A stretch of 63,821 bases of DNA, filler included, from Lama guanicoe (GCA_013239625.1; 147 parts of 147 records of this genome joined end to end with filler, not necessarily neighbours in it); one strand, 5' to 3'; positions 37,075 to 48,665 are shown, counted from the whole stretch's first letter. The notes: generated from the letters alone by a model not told the origin. Program-made: numbers and translations.

Positions 37075-37246
37075 GCCCATTCTGTGAGAAGTCAATGGAA
37101 CAATGTTTCTCAGTCTTGTTGGAAAGGAGGAATTAGTCAAAATGAGAGCTCTGCTTGCACTGGGGAATGCCCAGAAGGCTTTCTCAATCAAAATTGTGAA
37201 ACTGATGTTAATGAATGTTCACCGATACCATGTCAGAGTGATACTG
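37075..37246 (+). pseudogene. EYS: EYS (eyes shut homolog) EGF-repeat exon with apparent 2-bp frameshift
   Basis: Acceptor tcatcttttaag| then (G)PFCEKSMEQC, and in a shifted frame SQSCWKGGISQNESSACTGECPEGFLNQNCETDVNECSPIPCQSDT. Recalled human EYS reads GPFCEVSAKPCVSLLFWKRGICPNSSSAYTYECPKGSSSQNGETDVSEFSLVPCQNGT. The entry frame hits TAG at 37134-37136. Confidence 0.8.
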
Positions 37247-37346
37247 NNNNNNNNNNNNNNNNNNNNNNNNNNNNNNNNNNNNNNNNNNNNTTAATTAATT
37301 AANNNNNNNNNNNNNNNNNNNNNNNNNNNNNNNNNNNNNNNNNNNN

Positions 37347-37681
37347 GTGGGTGCACAGAGGTCTCTTCCAGGCCCTGCTTCCAGTTCTGCTGGGTGCAAA
37401 CACTCGAGCAGAGTTGGGGGCTCACGTGGTCGTTCTGTGGTCGGTTTCTTGAGGAGCCTCCACGCCGTCACGCACGGCAGCTGCGCCCCAGCTCCCCGCC
37501 CCCACGTCCCCGCCAGCGCGTGCTGTTCTGGTTTTCGATAGTGGCCACCCCGACGGGCGCACGGTGGAGTCTCGCTGCGCTGCGGTTTGCTTCCCTGGAG
37601 GTCGGTGGTGCTGAGCACCTCGTGTGCGCGAGGGCCCTGCGGGTCGTCTTCGGGGAGGGTCTGTCAAGTCCTTGGTCCCTT
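37347..37681 (-). mobile_element. LINE-1 ORF2 3' fragment, strongly GC-shifted
   Basis: Colinear with L1 (ttgaggagcctccacgcc ~ ttgaggaacctccatact; gatagtggccacccc ~ atagtggccatcct; ggtgctgagcacct ~ gatgttgagcatct), with most differences being AT to GC. Confidence 0.85.
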
Positions 37682-37781
37682 NNNNNNNNNNNNNNNNNNN
37701 NNNNNNNNNNNNNNNNNNNNNNNNNTTAATTAATTAANNNNNNNNNNNNNNNNNNNNNNNNNNNNNNNNNNNNNNNNNNNN

Positions 37782-38116
37782 ACTCATATGTGGAATCCTG
37801 AAACAGCAAAAAGAAGACACTAGTGGACTCATCTACAAAACAGAAGCAGAATTGCAGACATAGAAAACAATCTTATGGTTATCAAAGGGTGGGAGGTGAT
37901 AAATTTGGGAGTTTGAGAATGGCAAATATTAACTACCATATATAAAAATAGATTAAAAATCAATTTCTTCTGTATAGCACAAGGAACTATAGTCAATATC
38001 TTGCAATAACCTATAATGAAAAAGTACATGAAAATGAATATGTGCATATATGTATGACTGGGACTAATGCTGTACACCACAAACTGACACATTGTAACTG
38101 ACTATACTTCAATTTA
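37782..38116 (+). mobile_element. LINE-1 3' UTR terminus (lineage-specific)
   Basis: atatgtggaatc...ctcatctacaaaacagaa...gacatagaaaacaatcttatggtta...ctgtatagcacaaggaactat...gactatacttcaat. Confidence 0.9.
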
Positions 38117-38216
38117 NNNNNNNNNNNNNNNNNNNNNNNNNNNNNNNNNNNNNNNNNNNNTTAATTAATTAANNNNNNNNNNNNNNNNNNNNNNNNNNNN
38201 NNNNNNNNNNNNNNNN

Positions 38217-38551
38217 CTGAATCTGAGTATCAGAATCAGGAGAGCTGATGATGTAAGTTACAATCCAAAAGGCAGCAAGCTTAATACAGAAGAAAAGCCA
38301 ATGTTTCAGTAGGAGTTTGAAGGCCAGAAAAGAGCAATGTCCCAGCTCAAGGAAGCACATAGAGGACATTCCCTCTTACTCAGCCTTTTTGCTCTGTTCA
38401 GGTCTTCCATTGATTGGGTGAGGCCCACCCACATTAGGGAGAACAATCTGCTTTGCTCAGCCTGTGATTCACATGCAATTCTTATCCAGAAACAATCTCA
38501 GGGATACACCCAGATTAATGTTTGGCCAAAGTCTGAGCACCTTGTGATCCA
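38217..38551 (-). mobile_element. ERVL LTR (MLT2-like)
   Basis: caggagagctgatg...aatgtcccagctcaag...ttactcagccttttt...tgattgggtgaggcccacccacattagggagaacaatctgcttt. Confidence 0.88.
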
Positions 38552-39086
38552 NNNNNNNNNNNNNNNNNNNNNNNNNNNNNNNNNNNNNNNNNNNNTTAAT
38601 TAATTAANNNNNNNNNNNNNNNNNNNNNNNNNNNNNNNNNNNNNNNNNNNNTTCTGGCTCTGGTTTCACACTTAGAACAGCAGTGCCTACCCCAAGATTA
38701 GGCACATAGTTACTAAAATGGCTTCATTTAGTACTTCTCATCTTTAATCCATCTGCATTTTCCTCTCAAAATACAAAAATGCTAATTTATGTAAAAACAA
38801 ACAAAAATTCACCAGTCCCTGATTAAGATATTTGGGCAGGAAAAAAAGCCACATTTTATATGATTTCATTGATAGGGAACCTCCAGGGTAGGTAAAGACA
38901 CACAGAGAGAAATGGGTTTAGGGCTTGTCACAGGCTGGGGGAGGGAGGATGTGGGGTTCACTTTGAATACAAGCTTTTACTTTGAGNNNNNNNNNNNNNN
39001 NNNNNNNNNNNNNNNNNNNNNNNNNNNNNNTTAATTAATTAANNNNNNNNNNNNNNNNNNNNNNNNNNNNNNNNNNNNNNNNNNNN

Positions 39087-39421
39087 TTATAAAATTTTTA
39101 GTGGTTTTATTGATGTATAATTGACATACAATAAACTGCATGTATTTAAATTGTTCATGTTTATATATTTTCATATTTACATTTGATAAATAGATGATAT
39201 GTACATAAACACACTGTAGAGAAACCATCACCACAATCACAATCAAGATTGTGAACACAGTTACAACCCCCAAACTTTTCTTTTGTCCCTTCCTTTGAAT
39301 CCCTCCTTTGCATTCCTTTGTACACTCTGCCCCAGGTAGCAATTTATCAGCTAACTCTATAGAGTATTTTGCATTTTCCAAAGTTTTACTTAAATGGAAT
39401 CATGCAGTATATACTCTTTTT
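39087..39421 (-). mobile_element. Old L1 (L1MD/ME-like) 3' end
   Basis: tataattgacatacaataaactgca...gaaaccatcaccacaatca...ttgcattttc...aaatggaatcatgcagtatatactcttt. Confidence 0.85.
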
Positions 39422-41698
39422 NNNNNNNNNNNNNNNNNNNNNNNNNNNNNNNNNNNNNNNNNNNNTTAATTAATTAANNNNNNNNNNNNNNNNNNNNNNN
39501 NNNNNNNNNNNNNNNNNNNNNTAGTTAACGATTATCCACCTTATTAAAATGATCTCCCCCAAAACTAATCACCTTAGGGAAGCATTTCTTGCCAAGGGCA
39601 GAAAGTCAATTGAATTAATGATTTTTCCAAGACCACCTTCAAAAAATATACATGATTATCCAGTTTAATTAAAACAACAACAATAATAAACCACTTCACT
39701 ATGCTAAATGTAACTGGTTAAAAAATCCTGAATGATAATAACTAAAATTCAATCTATGCCTTCCATGTCCTAACTTCTTGATGGAGATAGAAATAAACTC
39801 TTAATTTGATCAAGTCAGGAAATGTTTGTTTGCACATACTATGTGTCTTTTATTCANNNNNNNNNNNNNNNNNNNNNNNNNNNNNNNNNNNNNNNNNNNN
39901 TTAATTAATTAANNNNNNNNNNNNNNNNNNNNNNNNNNNNNNNNNNNNNNNNNNNNTATTAATTCAGTTTGAAAGATCTGATCCACACAAGTTAACTCAA
40001 AGTAACTTCTTCAAAGAGAAAACAAAAAACAGTTTGACAGGTTTAGAAAGCTTGCCTGGGTCTGACCTCAGAATGGAAATGTGTGCTCTGGCGAGGTCAG
40101 CCCACTCTCTTTCTGGTGTGCACCTGAGCCACGGGGCCGGCCATGAAAAATTCATGCCGGATGCTTCCACAGTCCACCTGTGTCCTTAACATCTGCTGGC
40201 TTCACATCACATTAAAACTTCAAAGTGAACCCACCCCTAAGCCGGCGGCAAGCTTTCACTGGGAGCCAGAGGATGGATGGCTCAGGAAAGTCNNNNNNNN
40301 NNNNNNNNNNNNNNNNNNNNNNNNNNNNNNNNNNNNTTAATTAATTAANNNNNNNNNNNNNNNNNNNNNNNNNNNNNNNNNNNNNNNNNNNNATCTGGCA
40401 CATAGACATACTCAGGTGCTGACTGAATGAATTACAGAGGCATGTTAATTATAATGTAGGTTATTTTTAGTTTCTTGCTTAATTCCTACATCAAAATAAC
40501 CTATTTTTTGCTCCCAGTTATCTGCTTAGATATCATCTAGCGTTTTCTACACCCCTTTAAAGATTATTGGGTTATATATTCATCAGTCTGGAAGGGAATT
40601 ATATAGTCAAATTCTGTCTTCGTATTTGTTTATTAAGCTTTCTCATAGATACATGTTGTAATTCCCTTATTGTTTGGATTTTTAATTCAAAATATTACAT
40701 TTAGTACATTCTACTATTGTGACAAGANNNNNNNNNNNNNNNNNNNNNNNNNNNNNNNNNNNNNNNNNNNNTTAATTAATTAANNNNNNNNNNNNNNNNN
40801 NNNNNNNNNNNNNNNNNNNNNNNNNNNCTCCTCTTCTCTAGGAACCATGATCTCAAAGCTCCCCAGTGCCCGTCATGGAGTAGAACGGGGTCATCCCTTC
40901 TCTGTCGGGGTGCTCCCTCCTTGGACCTGATCGCACACTCACACTCTTCCCTCCCCTGCCCTGCCACATCCTTTCCAGAACCATCTGCTGTCTCCTGTCA
41001 GGTTCTTCCACTGGCTCAGGCCACTACCTCCCCTTTATCCTCAGGCTTCCTTATTCTCATCCTCACCTCATCTCACCCTCCTCCTCTTCTCTCTTCCCTT
41101 GTAATCAAGCCACTGCGCACAATTCTTTACACCAAGCGAGTGCTTCCTCCTCCTCTTCCTTTNNNNNNNNNNNNNNNNNNNNNNNNNNNNNNNNNNNNNN
41201 NNNNNNTTAATTAATTAANNNNNNNNNNNNNNNNNNNNNNNNNNNNNNNNNNNNNNNNNNNNCACGGGAAAGGGCAGCCATTCCACCAGAATCCTGTTTT
41301 CTAGACCAGTTATTATAGAAAGACAGCCCAAGAGATTCCTAGTCATTCTGCCAGCCATCTCAGAATGTCAGTCTTTACTTTCTCCCACCCAGGAAGCACA
41401 CCCCAAAGGCTGTCACCTGTGGGTTCAGTGCCACCCATCTCCAAAGCCCATCCTGCATAAGATAGGTGCACATTCAAAACCTTGTCTCACCGAAAGTGAC
41501 TAGAATGAGTCTTTCTGGGAAATAATCCCATTATTATGGTGCTGGACACCTGACTGACTTAGTATCCTATTAGCTTTTTCAGATTGCCCTTTGATTATNN
41601 NNNNNNNNNNNNNNNNNNNNNNNNNNNNNNNNNNNNNNNNNNTTAATTAATTAANNNNNNNNNNNNNNNNNNNNNNNNNNNNNNNNNNNNNNNNNNNN

Positions 41699-42034
41699 GT
41701 CTCAGGAGAAAAGAACAATGAAGGTGAAGATACAGCAACAGAAACTTATCGAAAAGGAAACTTACACGAAGAAGACACTGTGATGGAAAGAACATCAGGG
41801 AGCTATGGAACAAACTCAAGCCGCCTAAAATACACGTAACTAGAGTGAAGTGGAGAGAGATGAGGGGAACTAGAAAAAATACATTCCTGCAGAAATAATA
41901 TCTGAAATTGTCAAAATGTAATAAAAAGTACCATCAACCCACAAGTCCAAGAAGCTCAAGGAGACTCAAGCATGAGAAAAGTGCCAGAAGGCAGATCATA
42001 CTCCAACTGCTCAGCTCTAGTGGCAAAGAGGAAA
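41699..42034 (+). mobile_element. Old LINE-1 ORF1 fragment
   Basis: catcagggagctatggaacaaactcaagccgcctaaaatacacgtaactagagt...aacccacaagtccaagaagctcaa. Confidence 0.75.
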
Positions 42035-42217
42035 NNNNNNNNNNNNNNNNNNNNNNNNNNNNNNNNNNNNNNNNNNNNTTAATTAATTAANNNNNNNNNN
42101 NNNNNNNNNNNNNNNNNNNNNNNNNNNNNNNNNNATCCTCTGTGCTCTGGGCACAAGGGGTGAGCGCCAACCCTGCGCTCCAATCACCTTCTCCTATTCA
42201 CTAAATAGTTACTTTTT

Positions 42218-42321
42218 TCAGTTCCTCTCCCTTTTTTTTTTTTTGATGGAGTTACTGGGACTGAACCCAGGACCTTCTGTATGCTAAGCATGCTCTCCCC
42301 CACTGAGCTATACCACCCCCT
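42218..42321 (-). mobile_element. Complete vic-1-like SINE with target-site duplication
   Basis: Full tRNA-like body plus T-tract, flanked by ctaaatagttactttt (42201-42216) and ctaaatggtcactttt (42322-42337). Confidence 0.88.
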
Positions 42322-42840
42322 CTAAATGGTCACTTTTGATGGAAGAGGTTAAAATGTACTCTAAAAAGCTAAATGGATGGACTGAGTACAAAAACTACAT
42401 TTTCAAATTACTTGGAACTCTACCTCCAAAGATTTTACGACCCTTTTTTAAAATCAAGGCTAAAATTAATNNNNNNNNNNNNNNNNNNNNNNNNNNNNNN
42501 NNNNNNNNNNNNNNTTAATTAATTAANNNNNNNNNNNNNNNNNNNNNNNNNNNNNNNNNNNNNNNNNNNNTCCAAAATCTAAGCATTGACCCACCCTCTG
42601 GTGCATTCATTCCACTCCTTGGCATAGGCCCAAGAAAAACAAAGAGATCAATTGCAAATGATCCATGCGTACACCCCACTGTTCCCAGCAGCCTTACTGA
42701 TCTTTCAATGAAATCTAAGATTTTGAATGTAAGTGTTGGTTAAAGGGTAAGACAGACCTGTGGACCACGTGAAAGCACTAGTTTCTGGCTTGTATTGTTT
42801 GTCTTATGAGGGGGACGTTTTTCCCTTGATTTCCTCTTGG

Positions 42841-42906
42841 AGGAGGTACTGGGGATTGAACCCCTGAACTCGTGGGTGCTGAGCATGCACTCTACCATTT
42901 AAGCTG
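42841..42906 (-). mobile_element. vic-1-like SINE
   Basis: ggaggtactggggattgaacccctgaactcgtgggtgctgagcatgcactctaccatttaagct. Confidence 0.85.
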
Positions 42907-43442
42907 NNNNNNNNNNNNNNNNNNNNNNNNNNNNNNNNNNNNNNNNNNNNTTAATTAATTAANNNNNNNNNNNNNNNNNNNNNNNNNNNNNNNNNNNNNN
43001 NNNNNNATAGAACTCACTATTCTCCAGAATTCTATATTTATTTAAATTCTAAATATTTAAAAAAAATTTCAGCATGCACACATTCATGTCAGTAATTTTT
43101 AAAAAGGATTTTTTTTTAATATTTACTTTTAAGGGCTTTCTGGACCTCTGGCATATGCCTAGAGAATTTGTACATGTGGGTAAAAAAGTGATTAAATGAA
43201 CAGAAATTTACTTAAGGCTCAAGGAGATGCTGAGAAAAAAATTTTTTTTAAACAACAGCATAATAATGATAATCATGATGGAGACAGTTAATGCTAACCA
43301 TGACGGTGAGATTTCTGTGGCATGAATTGTTCTTAGTACTTTNNNNNNNNNNNNNNNNNNNNNNNNNNNNNNNNNNNNNNNNNNNNTTAATTAATTAANN
43401 NNNNNNNNNNNNNNNNNNNNNNNNNNNNNNNNNNNNNNNNNN

Positions 43443-43772
43443 GCAGGAGCTTCAACCGGCACTAGAAAACAGACTGAGAAACCAGAGTTAGTGTTTCTCC
43501 TACAAACTTTTCCCTTTGTGCTAGATGAACGAAAGTCTCTCCACATGCACACTTTTGAGACTTAAGCGTGTGCAAAAGCCTACTTTCACCTAGCATGAAG
43601 GGAACACAAAGTTTTTATCAGTTGCCAACACCAGTCCATACGTATATATGGGGAGGTACAAGCTCCAACTCGGGTTTACACTGAAAACTGCTGGAACTTC
43701 AAACTGGCATTAGGAAACAGACAGAGAAAACAGGGTAAGTGTTTCTCCTGCAACCTGTTCCCTTTGTGCTAG
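43443..43772. repeat. Tandem satellite DNA, ~248-bp period (about 1.3 units)
   Basis: 43443-43524 (gcaggagcttcaaccggcactagaaaacagac...ccctttgtgctag) recurs diverged at 43690-43772 (gctggaacttcaaactggcattaggaaacagac...ccctttgtgctag). Confidence 0.8.
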
Positions 43773-43872
43773 NNNNNNNNNNNNNNNNNNNNNNNNNNNN
43801 NNNNNNNNNNNNNNNNTTAATTAATTAANNNNNNNNNNNNNNNNNNNNNNNNNNNNNNNNNNNNNNNNNNNN

Positions 43873-44092
43873 TTTAGTACGTGCCAGGGACAGAGTGCCT
43901 GCATGACTAGTTCCCAATAAATACCTTGGACAGTGAGACTCTAATGAGCTCTCCTGGTACCCAGGATTTCACGTCTGTTGCCACTTCACATTTCTGGGAA
44001 AATTAAGCACCTCCTGTTGACTCCACTGGGAGAGAATTCTGGAAATTTGTGCCTGATTTCTTCCAGACTTCACCCCATGCACCTTTCCCCTT
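43873..44092 (+). mobile_element. MER21-like LTR
   Basis: tgcctgcatgac...cccaataaatacc...ctctaatgagctctcctggt...aattaagc...gactccactgggaga...cttcaccccatgcacctttcccctt. Confidence 0.8.
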
Positions 44093-44096
44093 GATA

Positions 44097-44208
44097 GACA
44101 TCCACAACAACAGACATTTATTTCTCTCAGTTCTAGAGGCTGGAAATCCGAGATCCAGGTCCTGGCAGGCTTGGCGTCCGGTGCAGTTCTGTTCTCGGCT
44201 TGCAGACG
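44097..44208 (-). mobile_element. MaLR LTR (MLT1-like)
   Basis: aacaacagacatttatttctctcagttctagaggctggaaatccgagatccagg. Confidence 0.85.
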
Positions 44209-46488
44209 NNNNNNNNNNNNNNNNNNNNNNNNNNNNNNNNNNNNNNNNNNNNTTAATTAATTAANNNNNNNNNNNNNNNNNNNNNNNNNNNNNNNNNNNN
44301 NNNNNNNNGGTGTCCTTGTGTGAGAGCACTCCTGTGCAGTCTTCTGTGCCCAGCGGGTTTGTTGGGAAGAGATGGACCTGAAGTCATCCTGGGCTGCCCT
44401 CTTCCCCTGGGACGTGCTGGCAGCCACTGCAATGGGGGCGGCAGGGCTGGAGTCAGAGGGAATGGAGCCAGTTCCACGTTCAAGCAGGGGCTTCTCTGCT
44501 TAGTGACTGTTCCAGCCCTATCAGGTGGAAAAGTCACCTGTTCTGTGGGGCTGGAGCAAGATCTCTGTGGGAGTGGGGTTCTCCTGGGTGTGGTGGCAGT
44601 CTCTGCTTTGGTTTGGGATGTGGCTGAGGCCTGAGGGCTTGCAGNNNNNNNNNNNNNNNNNNNNNNNNNNNNNNNNNNNNNNNNNNNNTTAATTAATTAA
44701 NNNNNNNNNNNNNNNNNNNNNNNNNNNNNNNNNNNNNNNNNNNNTCATTTCATAATTTCTATCTCTGATTCCCTAGGTGCTACATCCTTGGTAATATACA
44801 AGTCTTCTATACCCATCTTCCAGTTTAGTAATGCTCTTTCAGCTGTATTCAGTCTGCTCTTTGAACCATTATATTGAGCTTCCTGATCCCAATAAGTTTC
44901 ACTTGTAGAATTTCTATTTTTTCTGTTTCCTTATTCTAATCTGACTGTTCTCATTTTACATAGTGCTTGACATTTATTGAATTTTTGTATCTATTTATAT
45001 TTTTAATTATTGCAAAAATTTTATGTCATTCTATCTAATTCTGCTATTTACTGGGTCTGACAAGCACTGAGTATTTTTTTNNNNNNNNNNNNNNNNNNNN
45101 NNNNNNNNNNNNNNNNNNNNNNNNTTAATTAATTAANNNNNNNNNNNNNNNNNNNNNNNNNNNNNNNNNNNNNNNNNNNNTAATCAGGATAAAAATTACA
45201 TTCTCCCATCTCCCCAGCGGCCTGGCTTGCGGGCAGCGTCTGGTGCCCCAGGTTTGCAGCACTCAAGTGTTGAGGTCAGCCTCATTCCTGGAACCTGCGC
45301 GGTTCGGTCAGGGAGCAGCAGGGAAGACCAGAGCGGCGGCAGCTGATGTCCTGGCGGAAGAGACGGCAGGAGAAGAGGGCGCTGACCTGGGCCAGCCTGT
45401 AGCTTTGCTACCATGTCCCAAGCGGCCTGGCCTCGAGGTGACCTCTGCTGCACCAGGGACCCTGGAGGCTTCTCCTCAGGTCACCCTGATCCTGAGAGGT
45501 GGGCGTGGTGCAGTCANNNNNNNNNNNNNNNNNNNNNNNNNNNNNNNNNNNNNNNNNNNNTTAATTAATTAANNNNNNNNNNNNNNNNNNNNNNNNNNNN
45601 NNNNNNNNNNNNNNNNAAAAAGGGGATGACAAGAAGAGGTCCCCACCACTGCCCGGACCCCGGTCCACCTCCGGCTGATCTGGGTGTCCCTCCCACATCA
45701 GAGCAGGCTGATGCTGTCGCCCAGCCCACTGACAGGGGCCAGCGTTTCTGGAGCCGACCCAGAACCCCCGTGATGAGGAAAGCAGCTGGGACAGTCCCAG
45801 TCGTCCCGAGCCTCAGCACATCCACTAGGACTTCCTGCTCCGCCATCCGTCCCAGCAGCGGTTCTCACAGTGAGAACCCTGCCTCTGCATTATCGGCATT
45901 TTCTAGAAATTTCTTAGCAATACAATTACAAAGCTCCATCTTAGACCCGCTGNNNNNNNNNNNNNNNNNNNNNNNNNNNNNNNNNNNNNNNNNNNNTTAA
46001 TTAATTAANNNNNNNNNNNNNNNNNNNNNNNNNNNNNNNNNNNNNNNNNNNNGAGCCGCCCAGGGCCAATAAAATCAGGAACCGAATCTAAGGGTGGGGG
46101 GAAGGGGAAACCAAAACATTTTGAATGAAAATATTACAATAAACAGTTTAAATGTGTTCTTTACACTCCTGTAATAAATACTTATGTTCAATACACTGAT
46201 CGTGTGGAAAAGCTAGAAAGTGATAGTGCAGATTCAGGAAAAGGGTTCCAAATCTCATCCTAATACTTTCATTGCCATCAAATTCTGTTTGAAAAATTCA
46301 GATTAAAGTAGGCATTTCATAAATGTATTATTGCATTGTAAAGAAATGACTTATTTCAACGTATAAGGTAGCATTTTATTTGGGGCTANNNNNNNNNNNN
46401 NNNNNNNNNNNNNNNNNNNNNNNNNNNNNNNNTTAATTAATTAANNNNNNNNNNNNNNNNNNNNNNNNNNNNNNNNNNNNNNNNNNNN

Positions 46489-46824
46489 ATCTCATTTGTG
46501 GCTGATGGGAATGCAAAATGGTACATGTGTGGCAGTTTCTTACCCAACTAAATACACTCTTACCATAAGATCTAGAGGTTATAATCCTTGGTGTTTACAT
46601 AATCAAATAAGTTGAAAACTTATGTCTACACAAAAGCATTCACACAAATATTTATAGCAACTTTATTCATATTTGTTAAAACTTGGAAGCAGCTAAAGGA
46701 TAAACAGTGACACATCCAAACAATGGAATATTATTAGGTGCTAAAAGGAAATGAGCTATCAAGCCATGAAAAGACATGGAAGAACCCTAAATGTATATTT
46801 TTAAGTGAACAAAACAATTCTGAA
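46489..46824 (+). mobile_element. L1MC-like ORF2 end and 3' UTR
   Basis: gctgatgggaatgcaaaatggtaca...gttgaaaacttatgtctacacaaaa...aaatgagctatcaagccatgaaaagacatgga. Confidence 0.9.
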
Positions 46825-46924
46825 NNNNNNNNNNNNNNNNNNNNNNNNNNNNNNNNNNNNNNNNNNNNTTAATTAATTAANNNNNNNNNNNNNNNNNNNN
46901 NNNNNNNNNNNNNNNNNNNNNNNN

Positions 46925-47100
46925 GGAACTATTTTCAATATCTTGTAGTAACCTATAATGAAAGCATATATATTTGCATAAGTATGACAAACATAATGCT
47001 GTACGCCAGAAATTAACACACTGTAATGGACTGTACTTCAATCAAGTGGGAATTATGTCCATAAGAATTAAAATAAAATAAAATAGAATAGAAAAAAGAA
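46925..47100 (+). mobile_element. LINE-1 3' terminus with A-rich tail
   Basis: ggaactattttcaatatcttgtagtaacctataatgaaa...atgctgtacgccagaaattaacaca, the same family as 37782-38116. Confidence 0.85.
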
Positions 47101-47360
47101 AACTTCCATGGACACTATCTACTCTAGCCTTATCCTAAGCAAGATATCTGTAAAATCATAGGTTTTGTGTGCCCTGTAAAACAGACTGCCAGACTATCAC
47201 ATTCAGAGAAGCCCAGGGAAAACCAGTACTTCAGTGTCTGGGACCTAAGAGTGTCTTCCTNNNNNNNNNNNNNNNNNNNNNNNNNNNNNNNNNNNNNNNN
47301 NNNNTTAATTAATTAANNNNNNNNNNNNNNNNNNNNNNNNNNNNNNNNNNNNNNNNNNNN

Positions 47361-47696
47361 TATGCAATCCAATTTTAAAAGGAAACAAAAAACTCCAATT
47401 AAATTCAGTCAAAAGACTGGAAAATAATTTATCCAGAGAATAAATGTGAAAAACCAACATGTTTATATCAAGATGCTCAGCATCACTCATTATCAGGGTA
47501 ATATAAATCAAAACCAAAATGCCACAGCATCTTATTCCTGTTAGAATGGCAATTATCAAGAAGACAAGATATAACAAGTGTTGAGGATGTGGATGAAAAG
47601 GAACCATTGTGCATTGTCATTGGGACTATAAATTGGTAAAGTACTACAAAAAAAAGCATAGAAGTTTTTCAAAAAATTAAAAATAGAATTCATATA
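47361..47696 (+). mobile_element. LINE-1 ORF2 3' fragment
   Basis: gatgctcagcatcactcattatcaggg...aaatcaaaacca...cctgttagaatggc...ataacaagtgttgaggatgtgga. Confidence 0.9.
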
Positions 47697-47796
47697 NNNN
47701 NNNNNNNNNNNNNNNNNNNNNNNNNNNNNNNNNNNNNNNNTTAATTAATTAANNNNNNNNNNNNNNNNNNNNNNNNNNNNNNNNNNNNNNNNNNNN

Positions 47797-48087
47797 GTTC
47801 TCATACTCTTCTTCACCATAGGTTACAAGATACTGAATATGGTTCTCTGTGCCATACAGTGTAAACTTGTTGTTTATCTATTTTATACGTATTAGTTAGT
47901 ATCTACGTTTGTGAGTCTGTTAGAAACACTACTAATTTCTGTATGTTGATTTTGTATCCTGCAACTTTATTCAATTCATGATTGTATCTAATAGTTTTTT
48001 GATGAAGTTTTTAGATTTTCTATATATAAAATCATATCATCTGTAAACAGAGATAATTTTACTTTTTCTTTTCTGATTCTCATGCAT
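47797..48087 (-). mobile_element. Two abutting LINE-1 fragments (young 3' UTR plus older ORF2)
   Basis: caccataggttacaagatactgaatat..., then actaatttctgtatgttgattttgtatcctgcaacttta. Confidence 0.8.
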
Positions 48088-48088
48088 T

Positions 48089-48127
<39 letters not shown>

Positions 48128-48129
48128 TT
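48088..48129 (+). repeat. (ATTT)n microsatellite at contig end
   Basis: About 10 perfect tetranucleotide units running into the gap. Confidence 0.95.
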
Positions 48130-48665
48130 NNNNNNNNNNNNNNNNNNNNNNNNNNNNNNNNNNNNNNNNNNNNTTAATTAATTAANNNNNNNNNNNNNNN
48201 NNNNNNNNNNNNNNNNNNNNNNNNNNNNNGGGGCTGGGAGCTCCCTGCGGCCCCTGGGCTCCACGCCCTCATGGCTTTGGGGCCTCCCAAAGGTCCCACC
48301 TACTCGTACCATCACATCAGGCAGTAGAATTTCAACATACGAATTCTGAGGCTGCGTTCAGACCACAGAACCTCCCCTTAAGCTACTTCCCAAGGATGTC
48401 TGTGTGATCCATTATTCCTCTAACAGTCACTGAGAACACAGGCAAACATTCTGTTAGGCTCTTGGGAGAAAACAAGGGAAATAAGACTTTTCTACCTTAA
48501 TAGGCTTAGAGGAAATAAAATGAATTTGAAATTACTATGAAAGAATAGAGTATGAAAAAAAAAAANNNNNNNNNNNNNNNNNNNNNNNNNNNNNNNNNNN
48601 NNNNNNNNNTTAATTAATTAANNNNNNNNNNNNNNNNNNNNNNNNNNNNNNNNNNNNNNNNNNNN

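Noticed and set aside
21693..37246. Functional linkage of CUL5, SMARCA1 and EYS
   Set aside because: They are on different chromosomes in mammals and co-occur here only because their contigs have similar lengths.
37060..37302. Intact standalone EGF mini-protein, or a Notch/Crumbs exon
   Set aside because: The ORF start is intronic. The GPFCE start in the other frame and the WK.GI...SSA.T.ECP.G...QN.ETDV.E pattern fit EYS specifically.
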